A stretch of DNA of 64,000 nucleotides from Bacillota bacterium (lineage in GTDB: Bacteria; Bacillota; Clostridia; Lachnospirales; Lachnospiraceae), in contig JAEZUM010000046.1 of NCBI GenBank assembly GCA_023421075.1, positions 16,768 to 80,767 on the forward strand, given 5' to 3'. A program made the position numbers and the translations under genes. Below the pieces are notes generated by a model, which saw nothing but the letters and a program-made list of their open reading frames with translations, made no database searches and was not told where the DNA came from. This document shows positions 9,823 through 19,742 of this stretch, piece by piece. How positions within the stretch are numbered: the stretch's first letter is position 1; each line of letters opens with the position of its first letter.

Positions 9823-10041
9823 ATGTAATCCCCCAGTACGTCAATGTAATCACTAATTCATATCAATAGTAAATACTTACTATAAATCTATCATATTATG
9901 ACAAATTTAGCAATTCACATATCTACCAAATATCATACTATCATCAGAAAATTTTGTAATAAACATGTTTAAAGAGAAGCAAAAATATCGCCTTCCCTCT
10001 CCTCCTATATTAAGTATACAGAATGGTGCCACCGGACAAAC

Positions 10042-10081
10042 GGATAAGGGCAGACAACCTTGCGGATGTCTGCCCTTATCC
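10042..10081 (-). terminator. terminator hairpin after sigG
   Basis: 14-bp GC-rich stem GGATAAGGGCAGAC / GTCTGCCCTTATCC, 47 nt downstream of the sigG stop. The tail on the minus strand (GTTTGTCC) is only moderately U-rich. Confidence 0.5.
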
Positions 10082-10127
10082 TTACTCTATATGAATCAAT
10101 TCATCGATAGATGAAATGATTACCCTC

Positions 10128-10907
10128 CTAAGAAATTAGATAGTTTCTCATATTTTTTAAAGCTGATTTTTCCAATCTGCTTACCTGAGCCTGAGATATA
10201 TTAATCTCCTTCGCTACCTCCATCTGTGTCTTTCCCTCAAAGAACCGGAGTTTAATAATATTGTGCTCTCGCGCCGACAGTTTATCCATCGCTTCCTTCA
10301 ACGATATTTCCTCGATCCAGTTCTCCTCCTTGTTTTTCTTATCACTAACCTGATCCATGATATACAAGGCATCACCGCCTTCGACATATACCGGATCATA
10401 CAGTGATACAGGACTCTGAATTGCATCCAGTGCATAAACAATATCCTCTTTGCTGATACCAATCTCAGCAGCAATCTCGCTGATGGTGGGCTCCTTTTCG
10501 TTGCGCTTCACCAAAGCCTCCTTCGCATAGATTGCTTTATAAGCAGTATCCCGAAGGGATCGGCTGACTCTTATCGCATTATTATCTCTCAGGTATCTGC
10601 GTATCTCACCGATTATCATCGGGACAGCATAAGTAGAGAATTTTACATTCTGTGTTATATCAAAATTATCAATCGCCTTCATCAGACCGATACAGCCAAT
10701 TTGAAATAAATCATCGACGTTTTCATTGCTGCCTGAGAATCTCTGGATTATGGAAAGTACTAATCTCAGATTTCCTTTAATATAGAGTTCCCTCGCCTCC
10801 TTATCGCCATTTAATATTTTCTGAAACAATTCTTCCTTTTCATTATTTTTTAGTAATGGCAATTTAGATGTATTAACCCCGCAAATCTCAACCTTATAAA
10901 GAGCCAT
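10128..10907 (-). CDS. sigG: sporulation sigma factor SigG
   Basis: 259 aa. It matches B. subtilis SigG along the whole length as I remember it (KVEICGV.TSKLP.LKN, NLRLVLS.IQRF, FSTYAVPMIIGEIRRYLRDNN). Confidence 0.93.
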   Translation of the reverse strand: MALYKVEICGVNTSKLPLLKNNEKEELFQKILNGDKEARELYIKGNLRLVLSIIQRFSGSNENVDDLFQIGCIGLMKAIDNFDITQNVKFSTYAVPMIIGEIRRYLRDNNAIRVSRSLRDTAYKAIYAKEALVKRNEKEPTISEIAAEIGISKEDIVYALDAIQSPVSLYDPVYVEGGDALYIMDQVSDKKNKEENWIEEISLKEAMDKLSAREHNIIKLRFFEGKTQMEVAKEINISQAQVSRLEKSALKNMRNYLIS

Positions 10908-11008
10908 ATCGAAACCTCCGAATCATTCATTTTCTCTATAAAATGATTCACGTTTTAGCTCCTGTTTATACGATAAACTGATAAGAAATAATTACCATTT
11001 CTCAAATA

Positions 11009-11749
11009 TTACTCGAAGCGTACCATTTCTTTCTTCAATCGCTTAATAATCTTCTTTTCCAGTCTTGATATATAAGATTGAGATATTCCAAGTAAATCAG
11101 CAACTTCCTTTTGGGTCCGCTCAATGCCGTCATCGGTATTTAGACCAAAGCGAAGATCTACGATAATTCGTTCCCGATCGGATAACTTTGACAAGGCTCT
11201 TCGTAGTAATTTGCGATCTACTTCCTCTTCAATATTACGATAGATAACATCCTCTTCCGTACCCAGAATGTCCGATAAAAGCAATTCGTTTCCATCCCAA
11301 TCTACATTTAAGGGTTCATCAATGGAAACCTCAAGCTTTGTCTTATTATTTCTTCGAAGATACATTAAAATCTCATTCTCAATACACCTTGAGGCATAGG
11401 TTGCAAGCTTAATATTTTTATCCGGGTTGAAGGTATTAATTGCCTTGATCAGGCCAATGGTTCCGATAGAGATCAGGTCCTCAACTCCGACTCCGGTATT
11501 ATCAAACTTTTTTGCTATGTATACTACAAGCCTAAGATTGTGCTCGACCAGGATTGATTTCATCTCACCGTCGCGCTCCGTTCCCAGCTCATTAATCACT
11601 TCCGCTTCTCTGACCGGATCCAATGGCGGAGGCAATACCTCTGCACCACCAATGTAATGGATTTCACCTTTATGCCCAAATATGATAGTTCGTATGTCCG
11701 GGATCATCCGAAATTGGAACTTGTTCTGTATCGATAACTTTAAAAGCAT
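11009..11749 (-). CDS. sigE: sporulation sigma factor SigE (pro-sigma-E)
   Basis: 246 aa. Pro-sequence followed by [24 protein letters not shown] and [21 protein letters not shown]. Located directly downstream of spoIIGA. Confidence 0.93.
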   Translation of the reverse strand: MLLKLSIQNKFQFRMIPDIRTIIFGHKGEIHYIGGAEVLPPPLDPVREAEVINELGTERDGEMKSILVEHNLRLVVYIAKKFDNTGVGVEDLISIGTIGLIKAINTFNPDKNIKLATYASRCIENEILMYLRRNNKTKLEVSIDEPLNVDWDGNELLLSDILGTEEDVIYRNIEEEVDRKLLRRALSKLSDRERIIVDLRFGLNTDDGIERTQKEVADLLGISQSYISRLEKKIIKRLKKEMVRFE

Positions 11750-11784
11750 AATAAACCTCCCATATTTATCTTTATGATTGCGTG

Positions 11785-12759
11785 CTAAGAGTATAAAAGC
11801 TCTTTATGTAAAATCACATGATATTCTTCTTTCGAGGATAAGCTGTTCTCGGATATTGCCGCTGTTATTTTACGACAATACATTGTTTCCTTCCCCGTAT
11901 GTATCACCAACTGATCCAGCATTAATCCAAACATCATACCCTGTGCTTTTCCGATGGACGAATAAGGAATGATCCGAAGCCGTAAAAGCAGCTTCTTCAA
12001 ATCCTCGGATTGATCCAGGGATGCCGCCATTACTTCTTCCATCCCAATGCCCGAAAGGTAATTCTTTGTATTCTCAAACTCCTCCAGAAATTCCTTCGTC
12101 AATAGCTCCTCAATGACAGAACGCTCGATGACAATGACGGGCTTATGATACAAGGGATCATACAGGCAATTCCCTGTATCAAAGAGACCTTTTGTATGAA
12201 TGCTTCGCCCTTCCAGAGTCAATTCGATATCATAAATATCCTTTTCTTTTCGCCGATATATACGCCACAAGTACATTAAAATGATAGTCAGAATAACTAC
12301 AATTACCATAGCTATAGCAACGAAACCCACTGATATATCGCTAAACAAAATCGAATCTCCCAAATCCAACAAATTCAGCCTAAACCCAGTGTTATAATAA
12401 ATTGAGTTCATCAAACCACCTACAAAATATGTAATTAAGCAGAAACTAATCCCCTGCTTCAACAGATCAGTCCATTTCAGCCTGCCAAAGGCAATCAGTA
12501 GCATCAGTGGTATTACGGCAATCTTAACCGATGTCCCAAGCACTTTTATCATAAATGCAGAAGGAAAGAGATCGGTCAAGGAATTCACCCAAGGTATCAG
12601 GCTGATTAGTACTGCAGAGCATCCCCCTGTGATTGCCGCCAGACAAAGGCGAATGATACCGGATCGCTTCCGATTCACCACCTTGACTAGCAGTAGCAGA
12701 ATAAAATCTATAAAGAAATTAAGGATAAATACAATATCCGGATAAATCTCAAGATACAA
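11785..12759 (-). CDS. spoIIGA: sigma-E processing aspartic peptidase SpoIIGA
   Basis: 324 aa. Five N-terminal TM helices and the GLFDTGN active-site motif. TTG start 4 nt after GGAGGTG. Confidence 0.88.
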   Translation of the reverse strand: MYLEIYPDIVFILNFFIDFILLLLVKVVNRKRSGIIRLCLAAITGGCSAVLISLIPWVNSLTDLFPSAFMIKVLGTSVKIAVIPLMLLIAFGRLKWTDLLKQGISFCLITYFVGGLMNSIYYNTGFRLNLLDLGDSILFSDISVGFVAIAMVIVVILTIILMYLWRIYRRKEKDIYDIELTLEGRSIHTKGLFDTGNCLYDPLYHKPVIVIERSVIEELLTKEFLEEFENTKNYLSGIGMEEVMAASLDQSEDLKKLLLRLRIIPYSSIGKAQGMMFGLMLDQLVIHTGKETMYCRKITAAISENSLSSKEEYHVILHKELLYS

Positions 12760-12834
12760 AATTCACCTCCAAAAATATGCTCAGCATCTTCTGTGTATCG
12801 CTTCATTAATATGTGCTTTCATGTACATAACCGA

Positions 12835-12867
12835 TTATAACTTGTTTATCTTCCAAAATATGTCAGT
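12835..12867 (-). promoter_or_regulatory. candidate spoIIG-type promoter with an over-long spacer
   Basis: On the minus strand, CTGACA (12867..12862) is followed by a 21-nt spacer and TATAAT (12840..12835). This lies about 75 nt upstream of the spoIIGA start and downstream of the ftsZ terminator. Confidence 0.35.
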
Positions 12868-12939
12868 TCTTGGTTAAAATATCAGTGTTTTCATTTACTT
12901 ATTTTTACAGTTTTTGAGTTAATATGATTTTTAAGCACA

Positions 12940-12980
12940 AAAAAAACTGCCAGACTATTTAATAAAAAATAATCTGACAG
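12940..12980 (-). terminator. rho-independent terminator after ftsZ
   Basis: On the minus strand, a 13-bp stem CTGTCAGATTATT / AATAGTCTGGCAG (two G-U pairs that exist only in the minus-strand RNA) is followed by TTTTTTTT. Confidence 0.75.
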
Positions 12981-13153
12981 CCTTAATCTCTTATGTATAA
13001 AGATAATTCTATTATTCATACCTGGCACACCCGAGAAATTCGACTAAAATTTCGGGTTGTCCTAAATTCAACAAAATCTATATCGATTGCTGCTATAACG
13101 GTATGTAACAAAATATTACAATCTACAAAGCCAATAAGAAACTGAATTTCTTC

Positions 13154-14419
13154 TTATTTATTATGGCGATTCTTCTGTAAAAACTCAGGTATCTTGATAC
13201 CACTGGGATCTGTATTGGTGTTCGCAGGAGCTTTTCCAGGCTGGCTTACCGGACGTCTGTTTGGATCCGTCTGATAACTGGTCTGTGCAGAATGTACCTG
13301 TTGGCTCATCTGACTAGTCCCATTATAATTCGTTCCCGCAGTAAAAGAACGGTTCAAGCTGAACTCGGGTTTCGTCTGCGTAGGCTTAACTCCACCGACA
13401 TTCGAGGTATGATGTCTAAGGAAATCCGGAGTCTTTACCATCTCCTTATTTCTTCCGTCTAAGCCGGTCGCAATAACTGTTATCGTTGCAGTATCCGGAT
13501 TCACATCATCAAACATAGCACCAAAGATAATATTTGCGGTATCTCCTGCTAATTCCTGTACTAAGGTTGCTGCCTCATTCGCCTCAATCAGGCTGATGTC
13601 ACCGGAGATATTGATGATAACATGGGAAGCTCCCTGAATCGTTGTCTCGAGTAGAGGACTTGTAATTGCCTGCTTCACTGCATCAATGCATTTATCATCG
13701 CCGACACCCATACCAATACCGATGTGTGCTACGCCCTTATCCTTCATAACGGTCTGAACATCTGCAAAATCCAGATTAATCAATCCGGGAACATTAATTA
13801 GATCTGTGATACCCTGAACACCTTGTTGTAATACTTCATCTGCTTTGCGCAGTGCATCCGGCATGGTGGTTCTACGGTCAACAATCTCTAATAATTTATC
13901 ATTCGGAATCACAATCAAGGTGTCAACATGCTCTTTTAAACGGTCAATACCCGATATTGCGTTTGTCATACGAGTCTTTGCTTCGAAACGAAATGGCTTA
14001 GTAACGATACCTACCGTCAAAATACCCATATCCTTTGCCAACTGAGCAACCACTGGAGCTGCACCGGTTCCGGTACCGCCACCCATTCCACAGGTCACGA
14101 ATACCATATCTGATCCTTTGATAATCTCCATTAATTGTTCCTTGCTCTCCTCAGCAGCCTTCTGTCCGATCTCCGGCTGTGCTCCGGCACCTAATCCCTT
14201 TGTCAATTTCTCGCCTATTTGAATGCATAACGGAGCCTTGCAATTTTTCAAGTGCTGCTTGTCCGTATTTACACAAACAAATTCAACACCGACGATATTC
14301 TCTTCTATCATTCGATTAACGGCGTTATTTCCTGCTCCTCCTACTCCGATTACAAGTATTTTTGCAGTGGTATCCGCCTCATTTGTTCTTATCTCAAGCA
14401 AGGTCAATTCCTCCTTCAT
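13154..14419 (-). CDS. ftsZ: cell-division tubulin homologue FtsZ
   Basis: [15 protein letters not shown] and [13 protein letters not shown] motifs, plus a C-terminal IPEFLQK peptide. The ORF track starts at a TTG (14449). The ATG at 14419 ([10 protein letters not shown]) aligns better with known FtsZ N-termini. Confidence 0.93.
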   Translation of the reverse strand: MKEELTLLEIRTNEADTTAKILVIGVGGAGNNAVNRMIEENIVGVEFVCVNTDKQHLKNCKAPLCIQIGEKLTKGLGAGAQPEIGQKAAEESKEQLMEIIKGSDMVFVTCGMGGGTGTGAAPVVAQLAKDMGILTVGIVTKPFRFEAKTRMTNAISGIDRLKEHVDTLIVIPNDKLLEIVDRRTTMPDALRKADEVLQQGVQGITDLINVPGLINLDFADVQTVMKDKGVAHIGIGMGVGDDKCIDAVKQAITSPLLETTIQGASHVIINISGDISLIEANEAATLVQELAGDTANIIFGAMFDDVNPDTATITVIATGLDGRNKEMVKTPDFLRHHTSNVGGVKPTQTKPEFSLNRSFTAGTNYNGTSQMSQQVHSAQTSYQTDPNRRPVSQPGKAPANTNTDPSGIKIPEFLQKNRHNK

Positions 14420-14620
14420 CGTATTCTTTCTATAAATTTGACTTATCAATCCCTCATAATATCATTCCAATTTTCTTCCAAAACCACATGATAATGGGAT
14501 AAAATCTCCCTCACATACTAACTATGGTGTCCCATAATCCTACTTAATATAATATCTTTAAATTCCCAAATAATCAAGCATAATTTTTAAAAAATTATAT
14601 TTTATTTAAGTCTTTTTTAT

Positions 14621-15376
14621 CTATTCTGTCGGATTTTTTTGTTTTCCAATGATGTTTTGTGTTCCTTTTACATAATTTCTCATATCCAGTGTAATTTCCA
14701 TACCTTCCGCCTCTGCCAGGATGTTTTTCAGCTCAGAAAGAGCTTCATCATATGTGCTTTTTTTCCCAAGCAGAACCCTGATATCCTTGCAGTCCAGGGT
14801 GACCTCATAATCACTGCTAAAGGTAATCTTATCGACCTTTAGCTCATACTTGTGAATTAGCTGCGTCAGATTGATTATGACATCAAAAAGTTCATTCTTT
14901 TGTACTTCCAGCTTTTCACTGAGCATAATTTTGTTAAATTTCAAGCCGTTAATCACAGGTATATCCGTCAGCCGCTTAGAAGAGCTTTCTACTACGATGC
15001 CATCCTTATCAAAATACATGTACTGCCCCATAAATTCTATGCATCCGGCGACCATTTTCTCATATACATATACTGTAATCGTATGCGTATCTGTCATCTT
15101 AACATCAATTTTCTCCACAAAGGGAAGCCTGACATCCATAAAATACTGATGTTTTAAATAGAGATAAAGTGAATTCGAATCTAATTTTGTTTTAATCAAC
15201 TCACCGGTTATCTGTTCCGAGGTATATCTTCTGGTACCGACCACCTCGATCTTCTTTATATAGAAGGTACTGATGAACAAAATACATGGGATACCGAGGA
15301 TGAGAAGAATTAGTATTAGCCTCCGGCCTATCCTTACCAGTACATTATTCGAATTCCTGGACTTCATTCGATTCAT
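14621..15376 (-). CDS. ftsQ: FtsQ/DivIB-type cell-division protein
   Basis: 251 aa. Single N-terminal TM helix followed by a POTRA-like region (IKKIEVVG..). Its position between murA and ftsZ fits. Confidence 0.7.
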   Translation of the reverse strand: MNRMKSRNSNNVLVRIGRRLILILLILGIPCILFISTFYIKKIEVVGTRRYTSEQITGELIKTKLDSNSLYLYLKHQYFMDVRLPFVEKIDVKMTDTHTITVYVYEKMVAGCIEFMGQYMYFDKDGIVVESSSKRLTDIPVINGLKFNKIMLSEKLEVQKNELFDVIINLTQLIHKYELKVDKITFSSDYEVTLDCKDIRVLLGKKSTYDEALSELKNILAEAEGMEITLDMRNYVKGTQNIIGKQKNPTE

Positions 15377-15399
15377 TCTTTAACTCCTATATCGTATTC

Positions 15400-16683
15400 T
15401 CATCCTGCAGCATTTTCACTGCAATATCTGATCTGTGCTCCGATGTTTGCCAAATCTCTGCAGATATCTTCATATCCTCGTTCTATGCTGGTCGCATCTC
15501 GAACAATTGTGGTACCGTCGGCAGCCATACCTGCAATAACAAGAGCTGCTCCACCGCGAAGATCATGAGCTTCTACCACTGCACCTGTTAATTGTTTCAC
15601 TCCTGTAATGATCACCCTATTTTCCTTTGTTTCCAAGGTGATTTGAGCACCCATTTTTTTTAGATCCTCTACATTTTGAAAGCGTGACTCAAATATTTCT
15701 TCCACAATGGTACTTTTTCCGTCGGCAAGACACAATACTGTCATAAGCTGTGATTGCATATCCGTCGGAAAACCCGGATAAGGCTGCGTCTTCAGTACCT
15801 CAATCGGAAGAAGTCTTCCTCTTGAATGTACGGTTATCCTGTCTTCTGTTGTGTCGATACCGCAACCGACTCGTTTCAACACCCGAAGGGTAGATTCAAG
15901 ATGACTGATCGGTGTACCGGTAAATACCACATCACCACCGGCAGCTGCTACCGCCGCCATATATGTTCCTGCAACTATCCGATCAGAGGAAAGCCGAAAT
16001 TCCACATCATGTAACTGCTTGACACCTTCAATTTCTATAAAGGCGGTACCTTTTCCGCAGATCCGAGCACCGGCTGCAATCAGATAATTACAAACCTCAA
16101 TCACTTCCGGCTCTCTTGCTGCATTAAATATTCTTGTGGTTCCCTCAGAAAGAACTGCAGTCAATATGACATTCTGCGTTGCTCCTACACTTGGAAATTC
16201 AAGAAATATATCGGCTCCAAGAATTCGGTCGGAGTGGCAATGAATCATAGTATCATTTTCTCCGGTGAATTCCTGCGTTACATTCATCTTCTTAATTGCT
16301 TTCAAATGATAATCGATCGGCCGTTTTCCGATGGAACAGCCACCCGGATATGCAATCGTAACCTCATTATGTCTTCCAAGGAGCGATCCCAAGAATAAAA
16401 TGGAGCTTCTCATCTTCGTGACATATTCCTCCGGAACGGAGGTTGAAGTAGCATTCCTACTGTCTACATTAAGAGTATTTCCTTCCCAGAATGTTGTGCA
16501 CCCCAGTTCCTCCAGTATGCTGACCATATGATATACATCAAGTATTTTGGGACAATTCTTAAGTATTGTAGTTCCTTTATTCAGAATAGTAGCAGCAATC
16601 ACAGGTAATGCTGCATTCTTCGACCCTTGTATATTAAGTTCACCTTTTAAATGCTTACCACCGATGACCTCGATACTCGACAT
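15400..16683 (-). CDS. murA: UDP-N-acetylglucosamine 1-carboxyvinyltransferase MurA
   Basis: 427 aa. GSKNAALP N-terminal motif and the active-site loop YPGGCSIGKRPID. Confidence 0.93.
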   Translation of the reverse strand: MSSIEVIGGKHLKGELNIQGSKNAALPVIAATILNKGTTILKNCPKILDVYHMVSILEELGCTTFWEGNTLNVDSRNATSTSVPEEYVTKMRSSILFLGSLLGRHNEVTIAYPGGCSIGKRPIDYHLKAIKKMNVTQEFTGENDTMIHCHSDRILGADIFLEFPSVGATQNVILTAVLSEGTTRIFNAAREPEVIEVCNYLIAAGARICGKGTAFIEIEGVKQLHDVEFRLSSDRIVAGTYMAAVAAAGGDVVFTGTPISHLESTLRVLKRVGCGIDTTEDRITVHSRGRLLPIEVLKTQPYPGFPTDMQSQLMTVLCLADGKSTIVEEIFESRFQNVEDLKKMGAQITLETKENRVIITGVKQLTGAVVEAHDLRGGAALVIAGMAADGTTIVRDATSIERGYEDICRDLANIGAQIRYCSENAAG

Positions 16684-16797
16684 AGAACACCTCAGACAAT
16701 GTAGAAAATATACTACACTATATGAATACAGGCTTGTCCGCGTGAATTTTGCAAGTTATTCCAATCAAAAGTCGTAGGTCGAGAAAAATCAGTATAT

Positions 16798-16980
16798 TAT
16801 ATTTTGTGATGTTGGGAATGCAGTTTGGCTTGACCGGCCGACCAAAGGGGTTATGCTTTGTTAAGACTCAGGCAGGAAGATGGTCCAAGGACCAGCTTTC
16901 TGCTATCCTTGAGGCCTATAAAAAGCATCCTGCCGGGAGGGAAAGGCGGCCTAACTGTATTCCCTACACCACAAAATATA
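16798..16980 (-). ncRNA. structured RNA, about 183 nt, long interrupted hairpin (6S RNA-like); strand not resolved
   Basis: 16801..16828 pairs with 16950..16977 (25 of 28 positions). There is a central internal loop (about 16829..16846 against 16935..16949). A second long imperfect stem (16847..16886 / 16887..16934) is capped at TGGTCC-AA-GGACCA. The local GC content is clearly above the surrounding AT-rich intergenic DNA. I chose the minus strand only because of the gene orientation of the cluster. Confidence 0.4.
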
Positions 16981-17082
16981 TCAACTCACTAAATATAGAA
17001 TGCCTACCCTTTGAGTTAGTTTGTGCCGAAGAAGACGCAGGCACAAACAAGGAGGTGTGAATTATGTTATTAATAATTCACA

Positions 17083-18228
17083 CTAGCCTTTCTCTCCTTT
17101 GATTTGATTGGAAACACTGAGCACAATTCCCATCTCAAAGAGGATAACCATGACAGAGCTGCCTCCATAACTGATAAAGGGAAGCGGAATTCCTGTGGAA
17201 GGGATTGAGTTGGTTACTACTGCAATATTAATCAGTACCTGAGCAGCGATATGAGCAAGTACACCGGTTGCAATTAAACCGCCATATAAATCGGCAGCAT
17301 TGATAGCGATAATAAAGATTCGCCATATCAGTAATATGAACAGAAGAATTAAAGCAAAGGCACCAAATAACCCTAACTCCTCACAGATTACAGAGAATAT
17401 CATATCATTATGAGATTCCGGAATGAAACCCAGCTTCTGCATACTCTCTCCCAGGCCCTTGCCAAAGACGCCTCCGCTGGCAATCGCATATAAGCCCTGA
17501 AGGATCTGATAGCCCTTCGGCTCAGACTCAACATTCAGCCAGACCGTAATACGCTCGGAGCGATAAGAAACGAAGAAGACAAAGATCGAACCAATTGCTG
17601 CAAACAAAACACCAGATATAATAAAGTAAGCTTTCTTCCTGCTGGCAACGAAACAGATTGCTACCATGATAACACCGATAATCAAGGCTGTTGAAAAGTT
17701 CTCGATAACAATCAGACCAAGTAAAGGTGCTATAAAGAGAACAACACGAATAAAACCTGTAAACTTATCCAGCTTCTTCGGAGCCAGGTTTACTATGTAC
17801 GCAGTAAATATGATTACTGCAATCTTTGTTAACTCAGAGGGTTGGAAACGTCCCAGCGGTCCCATATCGATCCAACGCTTTGCACCATTAATGGTTGGAC
17901 CGAACAAAAGTACATAGAGCTGTAACACAATACACATAAGATAGAGAATGGTGACCGGTTTCAGCTTAATAATAGGAAGGTTCTTAATATAGATTCTATA
18001 ATCGATCTTCGAAACAAAGATCATGATTAAGATTCCCGCTCCGGCAAATAACGCCTGACGCTCAAGATAATAGGTAGCACTTCCGTTTAGCCTTTGTGCA
18101 TTGTAGGAGCTGGTACTATAAATCATGACTAATCCAAAGCATACCAGGAAAAGTATGAGAAACAATAAGCTGTAATCATAGTAGCTGTGCATTTTTCTTT
18201 TATTTACTTCTCCTGCTGTTCTGGCCAT
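17083..18228 (-). CDS. ftsW: SEDS-family peptidoglycan polymerase FtsW/SpoVE
   Basis: 381 aa, about 10 TM helices, with the C-terminal motif GIPLPFISYGGSS. Confidence 0.9.
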   Translation of the reverse strand: MARTAGEVNKRKMHSYYDYSLLFLILFLVCFGLVMIYSTSSYNAQRLNGSATYYLERQALFAGAGILIMIFVSKIDYRIYIKNLPIIKLKPVTILYLMCIVLQLYVLLFGPTINGAKRWIDMGPLGRFQPSELTKIAVIIFTAYIVNLAPKKLDKFTGFIRVVLFIAPLLGLIVIENFSTALIIGVIMVAICFVASRKKAYFIISGVLFAAIGSIFVFFVSYRSERITVWLNVESEPKGYQILQGLYAIASGGVFGKGLGESMQKLGFIPESHNDMIFSVICEELGLFGAFALILLFILLIWRIFIIAINAADLYGGLIATGVLAHIAAQVLINIAVVTNSIPSTGIPLPFISYGGSSVMVILFEMGIVLSVSNQIKGEKG

Positions 18229-18346
18229 ACTTACACTCCCAACTAAATGTTGTTTAATGTCATATCATCATATAAATCTGTTTCGGATTTATGATCCAAT
18301 CACACATTTATCAATTAACTAAGTTCTGATTTTTAATTGGTGCTCA

Positions 18347-19708
18347 CTATGAAAGCAGCTCTCTTACATATTCCTTGAATAAATTGCCTCGTTGTTCATA
18401 ATTCTCGAACATACCCCAGCTGGCACAGGCGGGAGATAATAACACAGAATCACCCGGCTCTGCTTTCTCGGCACTTATTCTTACTGCCTCCTTCAGATCA
18501 CTTACCATAATAATATTATGGAACCCATGACGTTTTGCAGTTTCTGCAATCTGCTCTCTGGTCTGCCCCAATAGAACCAGCAGCTTAACCTTTGAGTCAA
18601 AGGCTTCAATCCATTCATCAAAGGTACTATGCTTATCATACCCTCCGCCGATTACTATGGTAGGAGTTCTCATTGCCTGAACCGCTTTAATGGAGGCATC
18701 CGGATTCGTTCCCTTGGAGTCATTATAATAAGTAACTCCGTTGATGTTTTCTACATATTCTATTCTGTGCTCTACCGCACGAAAATTCACCAGTGCCGTA
18801 TGGATAAACTCCATCGGAACACCTAAGGATAAAGCCATACCGGTAGCAGCCATAATATTTTCATAATTATGCTTACCGAGAACCTTTACCTCATTAATAT
18901 TTACGACAAATTCCTTTCTGCCCTGAATACTGTAGTAAATATCCTCATTGTCAAGATATAAGCCCTCTTCTAATTTATGCGTACTGCTGTAAAATAAAAC
19001 TCTGGTTTTTAACCTCTTCGCCATCTCACGCAGGATTTCATCGTCATAATTCAGAACACACACCTCCGACATGGTCTGGTTCTTGGCAATGTTCTCCTTC
19101 ATGGCAATATAATTATCCATAGTATGATGCCGGTTCAAATGGTCCGGTGTTATATTCAGGATCGCACTGACATCCGGTCTGAATTTCTCTATTGTCTCCA
19201 GCTGAAAGCTGGACAGCTCAATCACGGCTACCGATTGTTCGGTTGTGTCCATGGCTACATCAGTATAAGGATTACCGATATTACCTACCACATAGACCTC
19301 ATCAAAGTAAGTATTCATGATCTCTCCGACCAATGTTGTGGTTGTAGTCTTACCATTCGTTCCGGTAATACCGACAATCTTACCTTTGGAGATCCGGTAT
19401 GCTAATTCAATCTCACCCCATACCGGAATATTCTTTTCTCTGATTCGCATTACTGCAGGATGATCAATTGCAACTCCGGGGCTGATAACAAGTAGATCCA
19501 GACTTAAAATCATTTCATCGGTGAGATCTCCTGTAACAAGAAGAAAGTTTTTCTCTGTATCAAATTTATCCGTAAAATCCTTATCGGTCAGACCCGTATT
19601 CGAATCATAGAGTATTACAAAAGCATCCTGCTTTTGCAGCAATCTGGTCGAGGATATACCACTTTTTCCGGCTCCGAATACTAACACTCTTTTTCCCTGT
19701 AATTGCAT
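18347..19708 (-). CDS. murD: UDP-N-acetylmuramoylalanine--D-glutamate ligase MurD
   Basis: 453 aa. GAGKSG N-terminal Rossmann motif, GITGTNGKTTT P-loop, Mur ligase C-terminal domain. Confidence 0.93.
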   Translation of the reverse strand: MQLQGKRVLVFGAGKSGISSTRLLQKQDAFVILYDSNTGLTDKDFTDKFDTEKNFLLVTGDLTDEMILSLDLLVISPGVAIDHPAVMRIREKNIPVWGEIELAYRISKGKIVGITGTNGKTTTTTLVGEIMNTYFDEVYVVGNIGNPYTDVAMDTTEQSVAVIELSSFQLETIEKFRPDVSAILNITPDHLNRHHTMDNYIAMKENIAKNQTMSEVCVLNYDDEILREMAKRLKTRVLFYSSTHKLEEGLYLDNEDIYYSIQGRKEFVVNINEVKVLGKHNYENIMAATGMALSLGVPMEFIHTALVNFRAVEHRIEYVENINGVTYYNDSKGTNPDASIKAVQAMRTPTIVIGGGYDKHSTFDEWIEAFDSKVKLLVLLGQTREQIAETAKRHGFHNIIMVSDLKEAVRISAEKAEPGDSVLLSPACASWGMFENYEQRGNLFKEYVRELLS

Positions 19709-19742
19709 ATACGCTCCATTCTGCCACAGTTGGCGTCCTATT

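Noticed and set aside
10908-11008. Forespore-type (sigma-F/G) promoter for sigG: GTATA-N15-GTGAATCATT
   Set aside because: Only about 6 of 10 positions match the -10 consensus as I remember it (GGnnAnAHTR). That is not strong enough to annotate.
12981-13153. 38-aa minus-strand ORF (MNNRIIFIHKRL...) and a bulged hairpin in the ftsZ 3' region
   Set aside because: The ORF has no Shine-Dalgarno and runs through the terminator stem. The hairpin (CCCGAAATT.../...AATTTCTCGGG) has no U tract. I treat the region as 3' UTR.
16749-17060. 103-aa plus-strand ORF in the ftsW-murA gap
   Set aside because: It has no Shine-Dalgarno. It overlaps the long-hairpin RNA almost exactly, and its openness is explained by the GC-rich structured sequence. 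The product is an Arg/Gly/Pro/Lys-rich peptide with no recognisable domain.
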